DNA of 64,000 nt. It comes from Anaerolineae bacterium (lineage in GTDB: Bacteria > Chloroflexota > Anaerolineae > 4572-78 > NAK82). Below, in pieces: positions 9,729 to 19,547 of the stretch (position 1 is the first letter of the stretch; each line of letters opens with the position of its first letter). The position numbers were made by a program, and so were the translations under genes. The DNA lies in contig DAOTVI010000067.1 of NCBI GenBank assembly GCA_034436775.1, positions 9,173 to 73,172 of the forward strand. The letters run 5' to 3'. The notes beneath the pieces are model-generated. The model searched no databases. It was not told the origin of the DNA and saw only the letters and a program-made list of their open reading frames with translations.

Positions 9729-11534
9729 GTGATGGGCCGCTCGGATTACCCGGAGAGTCATTTATATCGTCTACGCCATTCCGCCTCCCATGTCATGGCG
9801 CAAGCGGTTTTGGAGATGTTCCCCGAGGGCAAGCTGGCCATCGGGCCGGCCATTGAGGACGGCTTCTACTATGATTTCGACCTTCCGCGCTCACTCAATC
9901 CAGACGACTTGGTCGCCATTGAGCGGCGCATGCGCGAGATCATCGCAGCTGATTACAAGTTTGTGCGCCGTGAGATCACACCCGATGAAGCCCGCCGCAT
10001 TTTCGCCAACCAACCCTACAAGCTGGAGCTGATCGAGGGTCTGGTGTCCGGCAATTTGGACGAGGACGGCGAGGCCTCTGGTGGCGGTGAAGCCACCGTG
10101 ACCCTGACAACGTACCGCCACGACAACTTCGAAGACCTCTGTCGCGGTCCGCACCTGGAAAGCACTGGGCAGATTAACCCCGACGGCATCAAGCTGCTCC
10201 GGGTGGCCGGCGCCTATTGGCGTGGCGACGAGCGCAACCCGATGCTGCAGCGCATTTATGGCACCGCCTGGGAGACGGCGGAGGAGTTAGCAGCCTATCT
10301 CAAGCGCCTGGCCGAGGCAGAAAAGCGCGATCATCGGCGTCTGGGCACCCAGCTGGACCTTTTCAGCATCCACCCCGATCAACTGGGAGGTGGTCTGATC
10401 CTCTGGCATCCCAAGGGCGCCTTGATCCGCCACCTGATCGAGGACTTCTGCAAGCGGGAACACCTGGCAAACGGCTATGACCTTGTCTATTCACCCCATA
10501 TCGGTCGCAGTGCCCTTTGGGAGACGAGCGGGCATCTGAGCTACTACCGCGAGAATATGTACGCCCCGATGGAAATCGAGGGGCAACAATATTACTTGAA
10601 GCCGATGAACTGCCCATTTCATATATTGATTTATAAGAGCGCCCTGCGCAGCTATCGCGACCTGCCGTTGCGTTTTGCCGAATGGGGCACCGTGTATCGT
10701 TACGAGCGCAGTGGGGTGCTGCATGGACTGTTGCGTGTGCGCGGATTCACCCAAGACGACGCGCACCACTTCTGTCGTCCCGACCAGATGCCTGCGGAGA
10801 TCGATTTTGTGCTCAATTTTTCCCTGTATTTGCTCCGCTCGTTCGGCTTTGAGGAGTTCAGCGCTTATCTGAGCACGCGCCCGGGTGAGCGCAAAGCGGT
10901 CGGCGCTATCGAACAGTGGCACGCTGCCGAAAAAGCGCTGGAAGACGCGCTGAAGCGCACCGGCATCCCCTATGAAATCGACGAGGGAGGCGGTGCTTTC
11001 TACGGTCCTAAGATCGACCTCAAGGTGAAAGACGCGCTCAATCGCGAGTGGCAGCTGACCACCATCCAGTTCGATTTCAACCTGCCGGAACGTTTTGACC
11101 TGACTTACATGGGTGAGGATGGACAGCCGCATCGCCCCTATATGGTGCACCGCGCGCTGCTGGGCAGCATGGAGCGCTTCTTCGGCATCCTAATCGAGCA
11201 TTACGGCGGGGCATTTCCCGTCTGGCTGGCACCCATCCAGGCGTTGCTCATCCCGATCGCCGACCGCCATCTTGACTTCGCCCGGCAGGTCGCTGCCCAG
11301 ATGAAATCCGCGGGTCTGCGCGCTGAGGTTGACGCGGGCAGTGACCGCATGGCCAATAAAATCCGCAAAGCCCAGGAACAGAAGATCCCCTATATGTTGG
11401 TGGTGGGCGATCGCGAGGTGGAAGCCGGCACGGTCGCCGTGCGGTTGCGCAGCGGACAAGATTTGGGCCCCAAGCCGGTCAATGAGCTCATTGCGATGAT
11501 TCAGGCAGCGATCGCTGCGAAATCAACTGTATAG
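9729..11534 (+). CDS. thrS: Threonine--tRNA ligase
   Basis: Full-length ThrRS similarity: editing-domain start RHSASHVMAQAV, class II core (e.g. HRALLGSMERFFGILIEHY) and a C-terminal anticodon-binding domain. It begins at the editing domain, so there is no N-terminal TGS domain. AGGAG RBS present; the start is GTG 9729 or ATG 9732. Confidence 0.95.
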   Translation: MMGRSDYPESHLYRLRHSASHVMAQAVLEMFPEGKLAIGPAIEDGFYYDFDLPRSLNPDDLVAIERRMREIIAADYKFVRREITPDEARRIFANQPYKLELIEGLVSGNLDEDGEASGGGEATVTLTTYRHDNFEDLCRGPHLESTGQINPDGIKLLRVAGAYWRGDERNPMLQRIYGTAWETAEELAAYLKRLAEAEKRDHRRLGTQLDLFSIHPDQLGGGLILWHPKGALIRHLIEDFCKREHLANGYDLVYSPHIGRSALWETSGHLSYYRENMYAPMEIEGQQYYLKPMNCPFHILIYKSALRSYRDLPLRFAEWGTVYRYERSGVLHGLLRVRGFTQDDAHHFCRPDQMPAEIDFVLNFSLYLLRSFGFEEFSAYLSTRPGERKAVGAIEQWHAAEKALEDALKRTGIPYEIDEGGGAFYGPKIDLKVKDALNREWQLTTIQFDFNLPERFDLTYMGEDGQPHRPYMVHRALLGSMERFFGILIEHYGGAFPVWLAPIQALLIPIADRHLDFARQVAAQMKSAGLRAEVDAGSDRMANKIRKAQEQKIPYMLVVGDREVEAGTVAVRLRSGQDLGPKPVNELIAMIQAAIAAKSTV

Positions 11535-11561
11535 CTTTTGGGCTTCGTTCCAGGCCGCATC

Positions 11562-12710
11562 TCACGGCAGGGGTAGAGAGACCCAACGACCTTCCCGAGC
11601 GGAACGATAGGCCGCTTCCATAATTTCCTGCACGCGCATCCCGTCTTCAAAATCGGGCGGTCCTGGCTGGCCCTTCACCAAGCTGGCGATAAAGTCGAAC
11701 TGGCTGGCGACGTGGTAGCGCAGCCAGCCGATGGCGAACTTGGGGCCGGGCAGTACCGCCGGCGCCGGATAGCGCTGGACACTCTCGACCGCCTTAAATC
11801 CGCGATTGCCGCCCAGAGGCGCTTCCGGATCGCGTGCGTCGAAGACGTATAGCCAGTTGGGATCCATCAAGTTGAAACGCAACGCCCCCTGCTGTCCGTA
11901 GATCTCGATGCGCATGTCATCATTCGTGCCCGTCGCCAGCCGGCTGGCCTCGACGGTGCCGAGGGCGCCGTTCACAGTGCGCAGAGTCAACATCGCCAGA
12001 TCGTCCACTGTCACCGCGGCACGGCGCTCGGGCTGGCTGGGAAGCGGACGCTCTTTGATAAAAGTCTCCGTGACGGCAAAAACTTCCGCGAAGTCGCCCA
12101 ACAGATAGCGCAACAGGTCGAGCACGTGGGATCCCAGGTCAACCAGCGCGCCACCCCCGGCCGCGGCATCCAGACGCCAGGACATCGGACGGTTGGGATC
12201 GACATATCCCGAGTGGAGATAACAGGCGCGGAAGCTGAACACCCGTCCCAAAAATCCTTCTTCGACCAGCTGCCGGGCGCGCATCAGCGCGGGCACGAAG
12301 CGCAGGTGAAAGGTCATCCGGTGTTGTTTGCCGGAGCGCCGCGCTTCGGCCAACATGTCGCGGGCCTGCTCCAGGCTCGCCGCCAGCGGTTTGTCGCAGT
12401 ACACATGCTTGCCCGCCCGCAGGGCTGCTATCACCACTTCATAATGCAGGTGATTGGGCACGCAACAATCGATGACGTCAATGTCCTCGCGCGCGACCAC
12501 CTCACGCCAGTCGGTGCTGCCAAACGCATATCCAGCCTGATCAATGGCCTTCTGCACCGACTCACGGCTGGCTGCACTCACGCCCACCAACCTGACCCGT
12601 GCCGGCATCGGGTCGTACATCAGCGGCAACGACTGATAGGCCAGGGTATGCACTTTGCCGATGAAACCATAGCCGATCAGCCCAATGCGGATCTCCGGAA
12701 GCGCACCCAT
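11562..12710 (-). CDS. Gfo/Idh/MocA family NAD(P)-dependent oxidoreductase
   Basis: N-terminal Rossmann motif IGLIGYGFIGKVH and a C-terminal alpha/beta domain typical of the family. Confidence 0.85.
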   Translation of the reverse strand: MGALPEIRIGLIGYGFIGKVHTLAYQSLPLMYDPMPARVRLVGVSAASRESVQKAIDQAGYAFGSTDWREVVAREDIDVIDCCVPNHLHYEVVIAALRAGKHVYCDKPLAASLEQARDMLAEARRSGKQHRMTFHLRFVPALMRARQLVEEGFLGRVFSFRACYLHSGYVDPNRPMSWRLDAAAGGGALVDLGSHVLDLLRYLLGDFAEVFAVTETFIKERPLPSQPERRAAVTVDDLAMLTLRTVNGALGTVEASRLATGTNDDMRIEIYGQQGALRFNLMDPNWLYVFDARDPEAPLGGNRGFKAVESVQRYPAPAVLPGPKFAIGWLRYHVASQFDFIASLVKGQPGPPDFEDGMRVQEIMEAAYRSAREGRWVSLPLP

Positions 12711-12776
12711 TCGTCATCACCTCGACAATTGAAAGCCCTATCCGATCGCTCACCCTGGTTGCAAACTTATTTCGGC

Positions 12777-14273
12777 TTATAAAGTCTTCAAGAGACCCGT
12801 GCGTTCGTTGAACTGCTTGATCAGCGCGTCAATCTGTTCCACCTGATTTTGGATATCCGTCCAATAATTCGGGTCGTACCACTGCGCCTGGAGCTCTTCG
12901 GCGCTCTTGCCCTGTTGCTCCACCCATGTGTAATACTTCAGGTTGTGAATGCGTTTGCGGCCGTAGTAGCTCAATTCTTCCATATACTCGATCCCCTGCC
13001 CGCGCAGATAGCGATGATACGCGACGATGGCATCCTCGCGGGTGAATGGGCCGCGCTCTGCGGTCAGCTCGCGCAGCCGGCTGGCATACATCTCCATCGA
13101 GTCGGTCAACACCGTCAGCACGACATCGTGGTTACCCAGCTCATAATACCGCGCAAACTTGATGCACGACAGCAGATTGGCCACCCCGGAAATGCCCAGC
13201 AGGGGCAGGCTCGCGATCGTCTGTTCGGGGACGCCCTGAGAGGCGAGATAAGCCTGCCCGGCCGGCTCGTTGAAGAGCCGAATCAGTTGCATGGTGGCTT
13301 CGTCGTCAATCGCCATCACCATATCGGTGTTCTTGACATTATGGATCCAGGGGACATGCTTGTCGCCGATGCCCTCAATGCGATGGGCGCCGAACCCGTT
13401 GTACAGCAACGTCGGGCACTGCAATGCTTCGCTGGCAGCGATTTTGCTGCTCGGGAAAACCTGCTTCAGATAATCCCCACAGCCGATGGTCCCGGCTGAA
13501 CCGGTGGTCAACACCACGCCGCGGTAGGTGTCCCCGGAGCGCAGCTCCCGCTGCAACACTTCCTCCATCGCGTGACCGGTGACATAATAATGCCACAGGT
13601 AATTGCCCATTTCATCGAACTGGTTGAAGATCACAATGTCCTCACCGGAGCGGCGCAGCTCCCAGCATTTGTCGAAAATCTCCTTGACGTTGCTCTCGGT
13701 GCCGGGTGTCTTGATCACCTCTCCCGCCACGGAAGCGAGCCACTCAAAGCGCTCCTGACTCATCCCTTCCGGCAGGATGGCGATCGAATCACAGCCCAAC
13801 AATGCGGAGTCATAGGCACCGCCCCGGCAATAGTTGCCTGTCGAAGGCCACGCGGCTTTTTGGCTGGTCGGGTCGAACTGACCGGTGACCAGGCGCGGCA
13901 CCAGACACCCAAACGCGGCACCCACCTTATGGGCACCTGTCGGGAACCATTTTCCCACCAAGGCGATGATGCGCGCCTCAACTCCGGTCAAAGAAGCGGG
14001 AAATTCGAGATAGTTCACCGCGCCAAAGCCGCCTCCCGTCGGCACCGGTTCATTCTTCCACGTGATGCGGAACAGATTGAGCGGCGTGATATCCCAGAGG
14101 CCGATGCTCGCGAGCCTGCGTCGGATCGCTTCTGGAACCGTCGTCGGATCGCGCTGTTGGGCCAAGGTGGGAATGATGATGCCACGCTCACGGGCACGTT
14201 GGACGGCTCGCGCCAGGCGATCTTCATAGATGGTCAAATCGATCATCTCGTTTCTCCGCGAAGTAGATTTCAC
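12777..14273 (-). CDS. Fold-type II PLP-dependent enzyme (cysteine synthase/Trp-synthase-beta-like) with a long C-terminal extension, function unknown
   Basis: Candidate PLP lysine in FPTGAHKVGAAF, glycine loop TTGSAGTIG, and HRIEGIGDKHVP. About 150-aa helical C-terminal extension. The start lies 3 nt after the upstream stop. Confidence 0.75.
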   Translation of the reverse strand: MKSTSRRNEMIDLTIYEDRLARAVQRARERGIIIPTLAQQRDPTTVPEAIRRRLASIGLWDITPLNLFRITWKNEPVPTGGGFGAVNYLEFPASLTGVEARIIALVGKWFPTGAHKVGAAFGCLVPRLVTGQFDPTSQKAAWPSTGNYCRGGAYDSALLGCDSIAILPEGMSQERFEWLASVAGEVIKTPGTESNVKEIFDKCWELRRSGEDIVIFNQFDEMGNYLWHYYVTGHAMEEVLQRELRSGDTYRGVVLTTGSAGTIGCGDYLKQVFPSSKIAASEALQCPTLLYNGFGAHRIEGIGDKHVPWIHNVKNTDMVMAIDDEATMQLIRLFNEPAGQAYLASQGVPEQTIASLPLLGISGVANLLSCIKFARYYELGNHDVVLTVLTDSMEMYASRLRELTAERGPFTREDAIVAYHRYLRGQGIEYMEELSYYGRKRIHNLKYYTWVEQQGKSAEELQAQWYDPNYWTDIQNQVEQIDALIKQFNERTGLLKTL

Positions 14274-14276
14274 GCG

Positions 14277-15308
14277 CTATTGGGCCGCTTGTCTCGCCGC
14301 TGGTGCCGACGCCTCCTCAAAGCCGATCGCCTCGCGCAGGACATAGAGGGGGCGTCCTTTCACTTCATCGTAGATGCGTCCCAAGTATTCGCCGATAATA
14401 CCCAGCGTGATCAGCTGCACGCCACCGATAAACAGGACACACACCAGCGTGGTTGCCTGTCCGTAAAAGGGGGCAGCTCCCATAAAGAGGCGGGTGAAGA
14501 TGACCACCACGGCGGCGACCGCGCTCAGCGCGGCGATCGTAAAGCCCAGGTAAGTGGCCAGCTGCAGGGGGAGATAACTGAACCCGGTGATGGCGTCCAG
14601 GGCGAATTTGAACATTTTCCGGAAGGGATAATGGGTCTGGCCGGCAAAACGCTCTTCGCGCACGTAGTAGACGCCGGTCTGGCGAAAGCCCACCCAACTG
14701 GTCATGCCCCGGATAAAGCGATGCCGTTCGCGCATCTGTTTGAGGGCATCCACCACCCGGCGGTCCATCAGGCGGAAGTCCCCCGTGTCCAGCGGAATCT
14801 TGACATCGGTGATGCGATAGATCAGGCGATAAAACAAGGAAGCGGTGAACTTCTTGAACCAGCTTTCGCCTTTGCGATGGGTGCGCACGGCATAAACGAC
14901 TTCGTAGCCCTCTTTCCATTTTTGCACCATGTCCAGGATGACCTGGGGAGGATCCTGGAGGTCGGCGTCAATAATCACCACGGCATCACCGCGGGCGAAA
15001 TCCAGGCCAGCTGTGACCGCGATCTGGTGGCCGAAGTTGCGCGCAAAGTCCACAATTTTGACCCGCGCATCCCGTTGATGGAGCTCGCGCATGATTTCAG
15101 GGGTGCGATCGTGACTGCCATCGTTGACCAGCACCAATTCCCACGGTTCACCCAGGCTGTCCATCACGGCACTGATGCGCTTGTGCAGCTCGTATAACAC
15201 CCCTTCCTCATTGTAACACGGGGCGACAATGGAGTAGCGTGGCCGTTCCGTCACAGAACACCTCCCTGTGGTATAGCTGGCGTTTCGTCCCCCGGGTGAC
15301 CTCCTCAC
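14277..15308 (-). CDS. Family 2 glycosyltransferase, polyprenyl-phosphate glycosyltransferase-like (GtrB/ArnC/DPM1 type)
   Basis: [20 protein letters not shown] and [10 protein letters not shown] motifs plus two C-terminal TM helices. GTG 15308 overlaps the upstream stop (GTGA); an alternative GTG start is at 15254. Confidence 0.85.
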   Translation of the reverse strand: MRRSPGGRNASYTTGRCSVTERPRYSIVAPCYNEEGVLYELHKRISAVMDSLGEPWELVLVNDGSHDRTPEIMRELHQRDARVKIVDFARNFGHQIAVTAGLDFARGDAVVIIDADLQDPPQVILDMVQKWKEGYEVVYAVRTHRKGESWFKKFTASLFYRLIYRITDVKIPLDTGDFRLMDRRVVDALKQMRERHRFIRGMTSWVGFRQTGVYYVREERFAGQTHYPFRKMFKFALDAITGFSYLPLQLATYLGFTIAALSAVAAVVVIFTRLFMGAAPFYGQATTLVCVLFIGGVQLITLGIIGEYLGRIYDEVKGRPLYVLREAIGFEEASAPAARQAAQ

Positions 15309-16612
15309 ACCGAGGAGGACTCCTCAGCGCGGTTGAATTGTTGCACCACCCTCCTCACGTCCTCAAACGTCTTCTCGACGACGTGCGCACGCGTTCCCAC
15401 CTGTTCAACGGACCTCATCGCGCTTTGTACATCCTTGAGCCCATTGCCGGTGACCAGCACCACGATGCGCTCATCAGCGTGTACCTGCCCATTGTTTAGC
15501 GCTTTCAGCAATCCGGCATAGGCGGCGGCAGCGGCCGGCTCGGCAAAGACCCCACTGCCGCGTGCCAGCGCCGGTATCGCTGCCAGGATTTCGTCATCGC
15601 TCACACAGATGAAAGCGCCATTGGTATCGCACACCGCTGCCATGGCTTTCAGGCGGTCGCGCGGCAGGCCAGCGCTGATGCTATCCGCGACGGTATGGGC
15701 CTCAATGGGCGGTTTGGTGAGCACATCTTCGCGGTTGATCCAGGCTTCGTAGAGGTAAGCAGAACCCGCGGCTTGTACACCCATCAAGCGCGGTATATGG
15801 TCGATCCATCCCAGATGATATAAATCCCGGAAGCCCTTGTGCAGCCCACCGATGATACAACCATCGCCAACGCTGACAAAAACCGCATCGGGCGCCTGCC
15901 ATCCCATCTGTTCACAGATTTCCAAGGCGACCGTCTTTTTGCCTTCGGTCATATAGGGATTGTAAGCGGTGTTGCGATTGTACCATCCATACTCTTGAGC
16001 AGCAAGGAGACACAGCTCAAAGGCGTCATCGTAGCTGCCTCGCACCAACAGGACCTGGGAACCGAACACCAGCAGCTGGGCGATCTTGGCCGGCGGCGCA
16101 CTCTGAGGCACGAAAATGACATTGCGTTGCCGTACACTGGCACATAAGCCGGCGAGGGCGGCGGCAGCGTTGCCCGTGCTGGCCGTCGTGATCACGTCCG
16201 CCCCCTTCTCACGGGCTTTCACGACGGCGATGGCACTGGCCCGGTCCTTCAGGGAACCGGTGGGTTGTCGGCCATCGTCCTTGATCCACAAGCCCTTGAG
16301 CCCCAGCTCGGCCGCGAGGTGGTTTGCGCGCATCAGCGGCGTCCATCCGACCGGCAACGGTGGCACCGGTGCGTCGGCGCGGATCGGCAACAGCGGTTTG
16401 TAGCGCCACATGGAATAGTCGGTGCTATGCAGCAAATCTCCTTGGCTGATGCGTCGCGCGATCAACGCATAGTCGTACTGGACATCCAAGATGCCTTCGT
16501 CTCCGTGGTGCGGGCAGACGTATTCCACCTCATCGGGTCGGTACTCTCGCCCACAAATCAGGCATCTCAAACCTGCGATGTGTTCCAGGCCCGATCTTGG
16601 TTGGGCTGGCAT
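15305..16612 (-). CDS. Threonine synthase family PLP enzyme with an N-terminal zinc ribbon
   Basis: CLICG...CPHH ribbon, PLP-lysine motif TGSLKDRAS, and [10 protein letters not shown]. Start moved to ATG 16612 (MPAQPRSG), which is preceded by GAGGAGAG. Confidence 0.8.
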   Translation of the reverse strand: MPAQPRSGLEHIAGLRCLICGREYRPDEVEYVCPHHGDEGILDVQYDYALIARRISQGDLLHSTDYSMWRYKPLLPIRADAPVPPLPVGWTPLMRANHLAAELGLKGLWIKDDGRQPTGSLKDRASAIAVVKAREKGADVITTASTGNAAAALAGLCASVRQRNVIFVPQSAPPAKIAQLLVFGSQVLLVRGSYDDAFELCLLAAQEYGWYNRNTAYNPYMTEGKKTVALEICEQMGWQAPDAVFVSVGDGCIIGGLHKGFRDLYHLGWIDHIPRLMGVQAAGSAYLYEAWINREDVLTKPPIEAHTVADSISAGLPRDRLKAMAAVCDTNGAFICVSDDEILAAIPALARGSGVFAEPAAAAAYAGLLKALNNGQVHADERIVVLVTGNGLKDVQSAMRSVEQVGTRAHVVEKTFEDVRRVVQQFNRAEESSSV

Positions 16613-16701
16613 AGATCTCTCCTCACAATCACAAACTGCCAAGAAACTGGCCAAGTGATGTTCTGCGCAGGCCTCATAGAGGGTTCTTTCCTGAGCGGGG
16701 G

Positions 16702-17388
16702 TCAGGCGGAGGCATCAGCTGTGGATGGAGATCTTCGGCGATATTCCTCGATCATGGTGCGCAGCTGGGCGATATGCTCACGTTCGTGTTCAAGCATGCG
16801 CCGGATCACCTTACGCATTGTCCACTTCTCACCCTGATGGTGAACGATTTTGCCGCGCTCAGCTTCGGGCACGGCGCGCAGCCGCTCCAGCGCGATGCCA
16901 CGCGTCGCCGCCAGGCGGTATAACGGTGCCTCGGGCCATTGCTTGAGACGCTCCGTGTACCACAGATCGGATTCGGCCAGATGACACACGATCTGGGCGA
17001 CCGACCAGGCGTCCTCGGATGGCCGCCAATCCCACATCTCCTGAGGCATGCAACGCAACAAGTCCATCAGCTCCTGGCGCGAAATCGCCATCCAGCGGAA
17101 CATGGTCTCCAGCTCATTGGGCTGAACGGGGTCATAGTCGGTGACAAAAGTGGTGTCTTCGGTCTCTTCGAATTCCAACAAGATCGGTTCATCAGCCTTA
17201 GGCACAGGCTCCCCGACATCCCGCAACAGGGAGAGGTACTGCTCAATGGCAACGCGGATGTTCGCTTTGGCTTCCTCAACGGTCCTGCCTCGCGCCGAGG
17301 CACCGGGCAGGGCCGGCACATGCGCCACCGGTCCTTGCACCGTGATCGGGTCGCCACGTGTTTCGATATACACCAGATATCTGGCCAT
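16702..17388 (-). CDS. HicB-like (UPF0150) N-terminal domain fused to a DinB-family four-helix-bundle domain
   Basis: N-terminus ARYLVYIETRGD...VPALPGASARGRTVEEAKANIRVAIEQYL is HicB-like. The C-terminus carries DinB histidines (CHLAESDLWY, HEREHIAQL). ATG 17388 is preceded by GGAGGAG; the ORF-track start is a TTG at 17400. Confidence 0.7.
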   Translation of the reverse strand: MARYLVYIETRGDPITVQGPVAHVPALPGASARGRTVEEAKANIRVAIEQYLSLLRDVGEPVPKADEPILLEFEETEDTTFVTDYDPVQPNELETMFRWMAISRQELMDLLRCMPQEMWDWRPSEDAWSVAQIVCHLAESDLWYTERLKQWPEAPLYRLAATRGIALERLRAVPEAERGKIVHHQGEKWTMRKVIRRMLEHEREHIAQLRTMIEEYRRRSPSTADASA

Positions 17389-17460
17389 GTGCTCCTCCAA
17401 AATATCGAAGAGGGCCTTATAGAGTGTGCCCCAAGGCGGCTCAATATCGGGAAGACCCCG

Positions 17461-18420
17461 CTAATCGGGGGTGATATGCGTGCCGGTCTCACCGTTCAGG
17501 GCACGTTCGATGTTCTCCGGGTTGGTGATAATGGCATACCGACCGCCTTGCTCCAGGTAGTTGATGATCGCCTCGATCTTAGGCGCCATGCTTCCCCTCT
17601 TGAAGTGGATTCCCTCGGCGAGATAGCGCTTTGCCTCGCTCAAGGTCATGTGATCCAGCCAGCGTTGGTTCGGTGTGCCGAAGTGAAGCGCCACCTTTTC
17701 CACGGCCGTGCTGATCAGCAACAAATCGGCGTTGAGAGATGCGGCGAGCAACCCAGAGGCATAGTCCTTGTCAATGACGGCAGCCACCCCTTTGAGGTGG
17801 CCCTTTTCATCGGCCACCACCGGGATGCCACCTCCCCCCACGGTGATCACCACGGCGCCGGCATCCAGCAGCAGCTGGACCACATCCAGCTCGACCACCC
17901 GCTGGGGCAAGGGAGAGGCGACCACACGGCGCCAGCCGCGGCCGGCATCTTCGATCACGTTCCAGCCGTCCTTCTCGCGTCGTTCCCGGGCCAACTCTTC
18001 GGTCATAAACGAGCCGATCGGCTTTGAAGGGTTCTGCCAAGCCGGGTCATTCGGGTCCACTTCCACCTGAGTCACCACCGTCACCACCGGCTTGGCGATG
18101 CGCATGTCCAGGAGGTGGTTGCGCAGGGTCTGTTGGAGCGCATATCCAATGGCGCCCTGCGTGTCGGCACCACACACATCCAGCGGGACTTCGTGCAATT
18201 CGTGGCGCGCCAGTTCGGAACGTCGCAGGATAAAACCTACCTGGGGGCCATTTCCGTGGGTGAGGGCAATTTCCCATCCCATCCGCACCATTTGGGCGAT
18301 GTGATAGGTGGTCTCGTTGGCGGCTGCATACTGGTCCTCCACGGTTTGGTGCGCCGAATCTTTGATGAGCGAATTGCCACCAATCGCCACCACCGCAACC
18401 TTGCGACCTGTACGCTTCAT
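17461..18420 (-). CDS. arcC: Carbamate kinase
   Basis: VVAIGGNSL N-terminus, GHGNGPQVG-type loop (THGNGPQVG) and GGGGIPV. Start moved to ATG 18420 (MKRTGRKV) behind AGGAGAG. Confidence 0.9.
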   Translation of the reverse strand: MKRTGRKVAVVAIGGNSLIKDSAHQTVEDQYAAANETTYHIAQMVRMGWEIALTHGNGPQVGFILRRSELARHELHEVPLDVCGADTQGAIGYALQQTLRNHLLDMRIAKPVVTVVTQVEVDPNDPAWQNPSKPIGSFMTEELARERREKDGWNVIEDAGRGWRRVVASPLPQRVVELDVVQLLLDAGAVVITVGGGGIPVVADEKGHLKGVAAVIDKDYASGLLAASLNADLLLISTAVEKVALHFGTPNQRWLDHMTLSEAKRYLAEGIHFKRGSMAPKIEAIINYLEQGGRYAIITNPENIERALNGETGTHITPD

Positions 18421-18432
18421 CTCTTTCTCTCC

Positions 18433-18481
18433 TGCACGCGATGCGCGTGCATCCGGGCGGCGCTTCCTACCGCCCGGATGC
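18433..18481 (-). other. Two overlapping strong hairpins in the carbamoyltransferase-carbamate kinase intercistronic gap
   Basis: GCATCCGGGCGG (18449-18460) / CCGCCCGGATGC (18470-18481) form a perfect 12-bp stem. TGCACGCG..CGCGTGCA (18433-18451) overlaps it and abuts the arcC RBS. No U-tract. Confidence 0.5.
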
Positions 18482-18507
18482 ACTTTGGCTACCCTCCTTC
18501 AGACGGG

Positions 18508-19545
18508 TCACAAATTGCCCATGGTCAGGGCCATCACCGCTTTTTGCACGTGCAAACGGTTCTCGGCCACTATATAAATCACCGAGTTAGGGCCGCTGGC
18601 GACTTCGTCGGTCACTTCATTGCCGCGATCGACCGGCATGGGATGGGTGAAGATAGCGTTGTCGGTGCGGGCCATCTTCGCGGCATCCAATGTCCAACCC
18701 TGATACGAGAGGGCCTTGGCGATCTCTTCCTGTTTCTTAAATTGGCCGTCCTGGTATGCGTGGGGGCTCATCCAGTTCCGCGCGTAGACGATATGCGCAC
18801 CGTCCATGCAGCGCACCGGATCGTTGGTGATCTCCAGCGAGGTGCCCCACGCTTGGCAGTTCTGCCTGGTCCATTCGATCACTTCAGGGTCGAGGTCATA
18901 GCCCTCGGGGCGCGCGATGGTGATATGCATCCCGAAGCGGCTGGCGATCAAGAGCGCTTCCTGGACGCTGCACCAGCTGCGTGCGAGAGCACCTTGTGCC
19001 CAGGTGAGCACGAACTTCTTGCCCTGCAGGCGGCTGTAGTCCGGCCGGCCCGGGCCGCCACCGAACCATTCGGCCCAACCCATCACATCCGCCAGGCCCT
19101 GGAAGGGGTGAAAGCGGTCGTCGGCCATGTTGACGACCGGCACATCCGCCCAATAGGCATACTCGCGCAGCAGCTCGGTGCCGGCACCGTAATAGGGGAC
19201 TTTGTCCTCCAAGATGCGGATGCCGATCCCACAGGCATAGCGTGACATCACCTTGGCCGCATCTTCGATCGTCTCCCCCGCCGTGGTGGCCGTCTTGAGG
19301 CGCATGCTTTCCGGCACCAAGAATTGCGCATGGCCACCCAGCTCGGTAGCCGCACACTCAAACGATTGCCGGGTGCGCACCGAAGGGTTGTAGAAGAACA
19401 TGAAGAACGTCTTGTGGGCCAGGATCTTGGTCCAGCGCTCGGAAAAGCGATCCCGTTTCATCCGCACGGCCAGATCCAGCACCGCGTCGAGCTCCGGTTT
19501 GCTCCACTCCTGGGTGGTGATCAGATCGCGCCCGTAAAGGTCCAT
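18508..19545 (-). CDS. Aspartate/ornithine carbamoyltransferase-superfamily enzyme, unassigned subfamily
   Basis: Carbamoyl-phosphate motif SVRTR and HPFQ are present. The third motif is THPMPVDR (ATCase-like HPxP) rather than HCLP. The start lies 2 nt after the upstream stop. Confidence 0.8.
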   Translation of the reverse strand: MDLYGRDLITTQEWSKPELDAVLDLAVRMKRDRFSERWTKILAHKTFFMFFYNPSVRTRQSFECAATELGGHAQFLVPESMRLKTATTAGETIEDAAKVMSRYACGIGIRILEDKVPYYGAGTELLREYAYWADVPVVNMADDRFHPFQGLADVMGWAEWFGGGPGRPDYSRLQGKKFVLTWAQGALARSWCSVQEALLIASRFGMHITIARPEGYDLDPEVIEWTRQNCQAWGTSLEITNDPVRCMDGAHIVYARNWMSPHAYQDGQFKKQEEIAKALSYQGWTLDAAKMARTDNAIFTHPMPVDRGNEVTDEVASGPNSVIYIVAENRLHVQKAVMALTMGNL

Positions 19546-19547
19546 GC

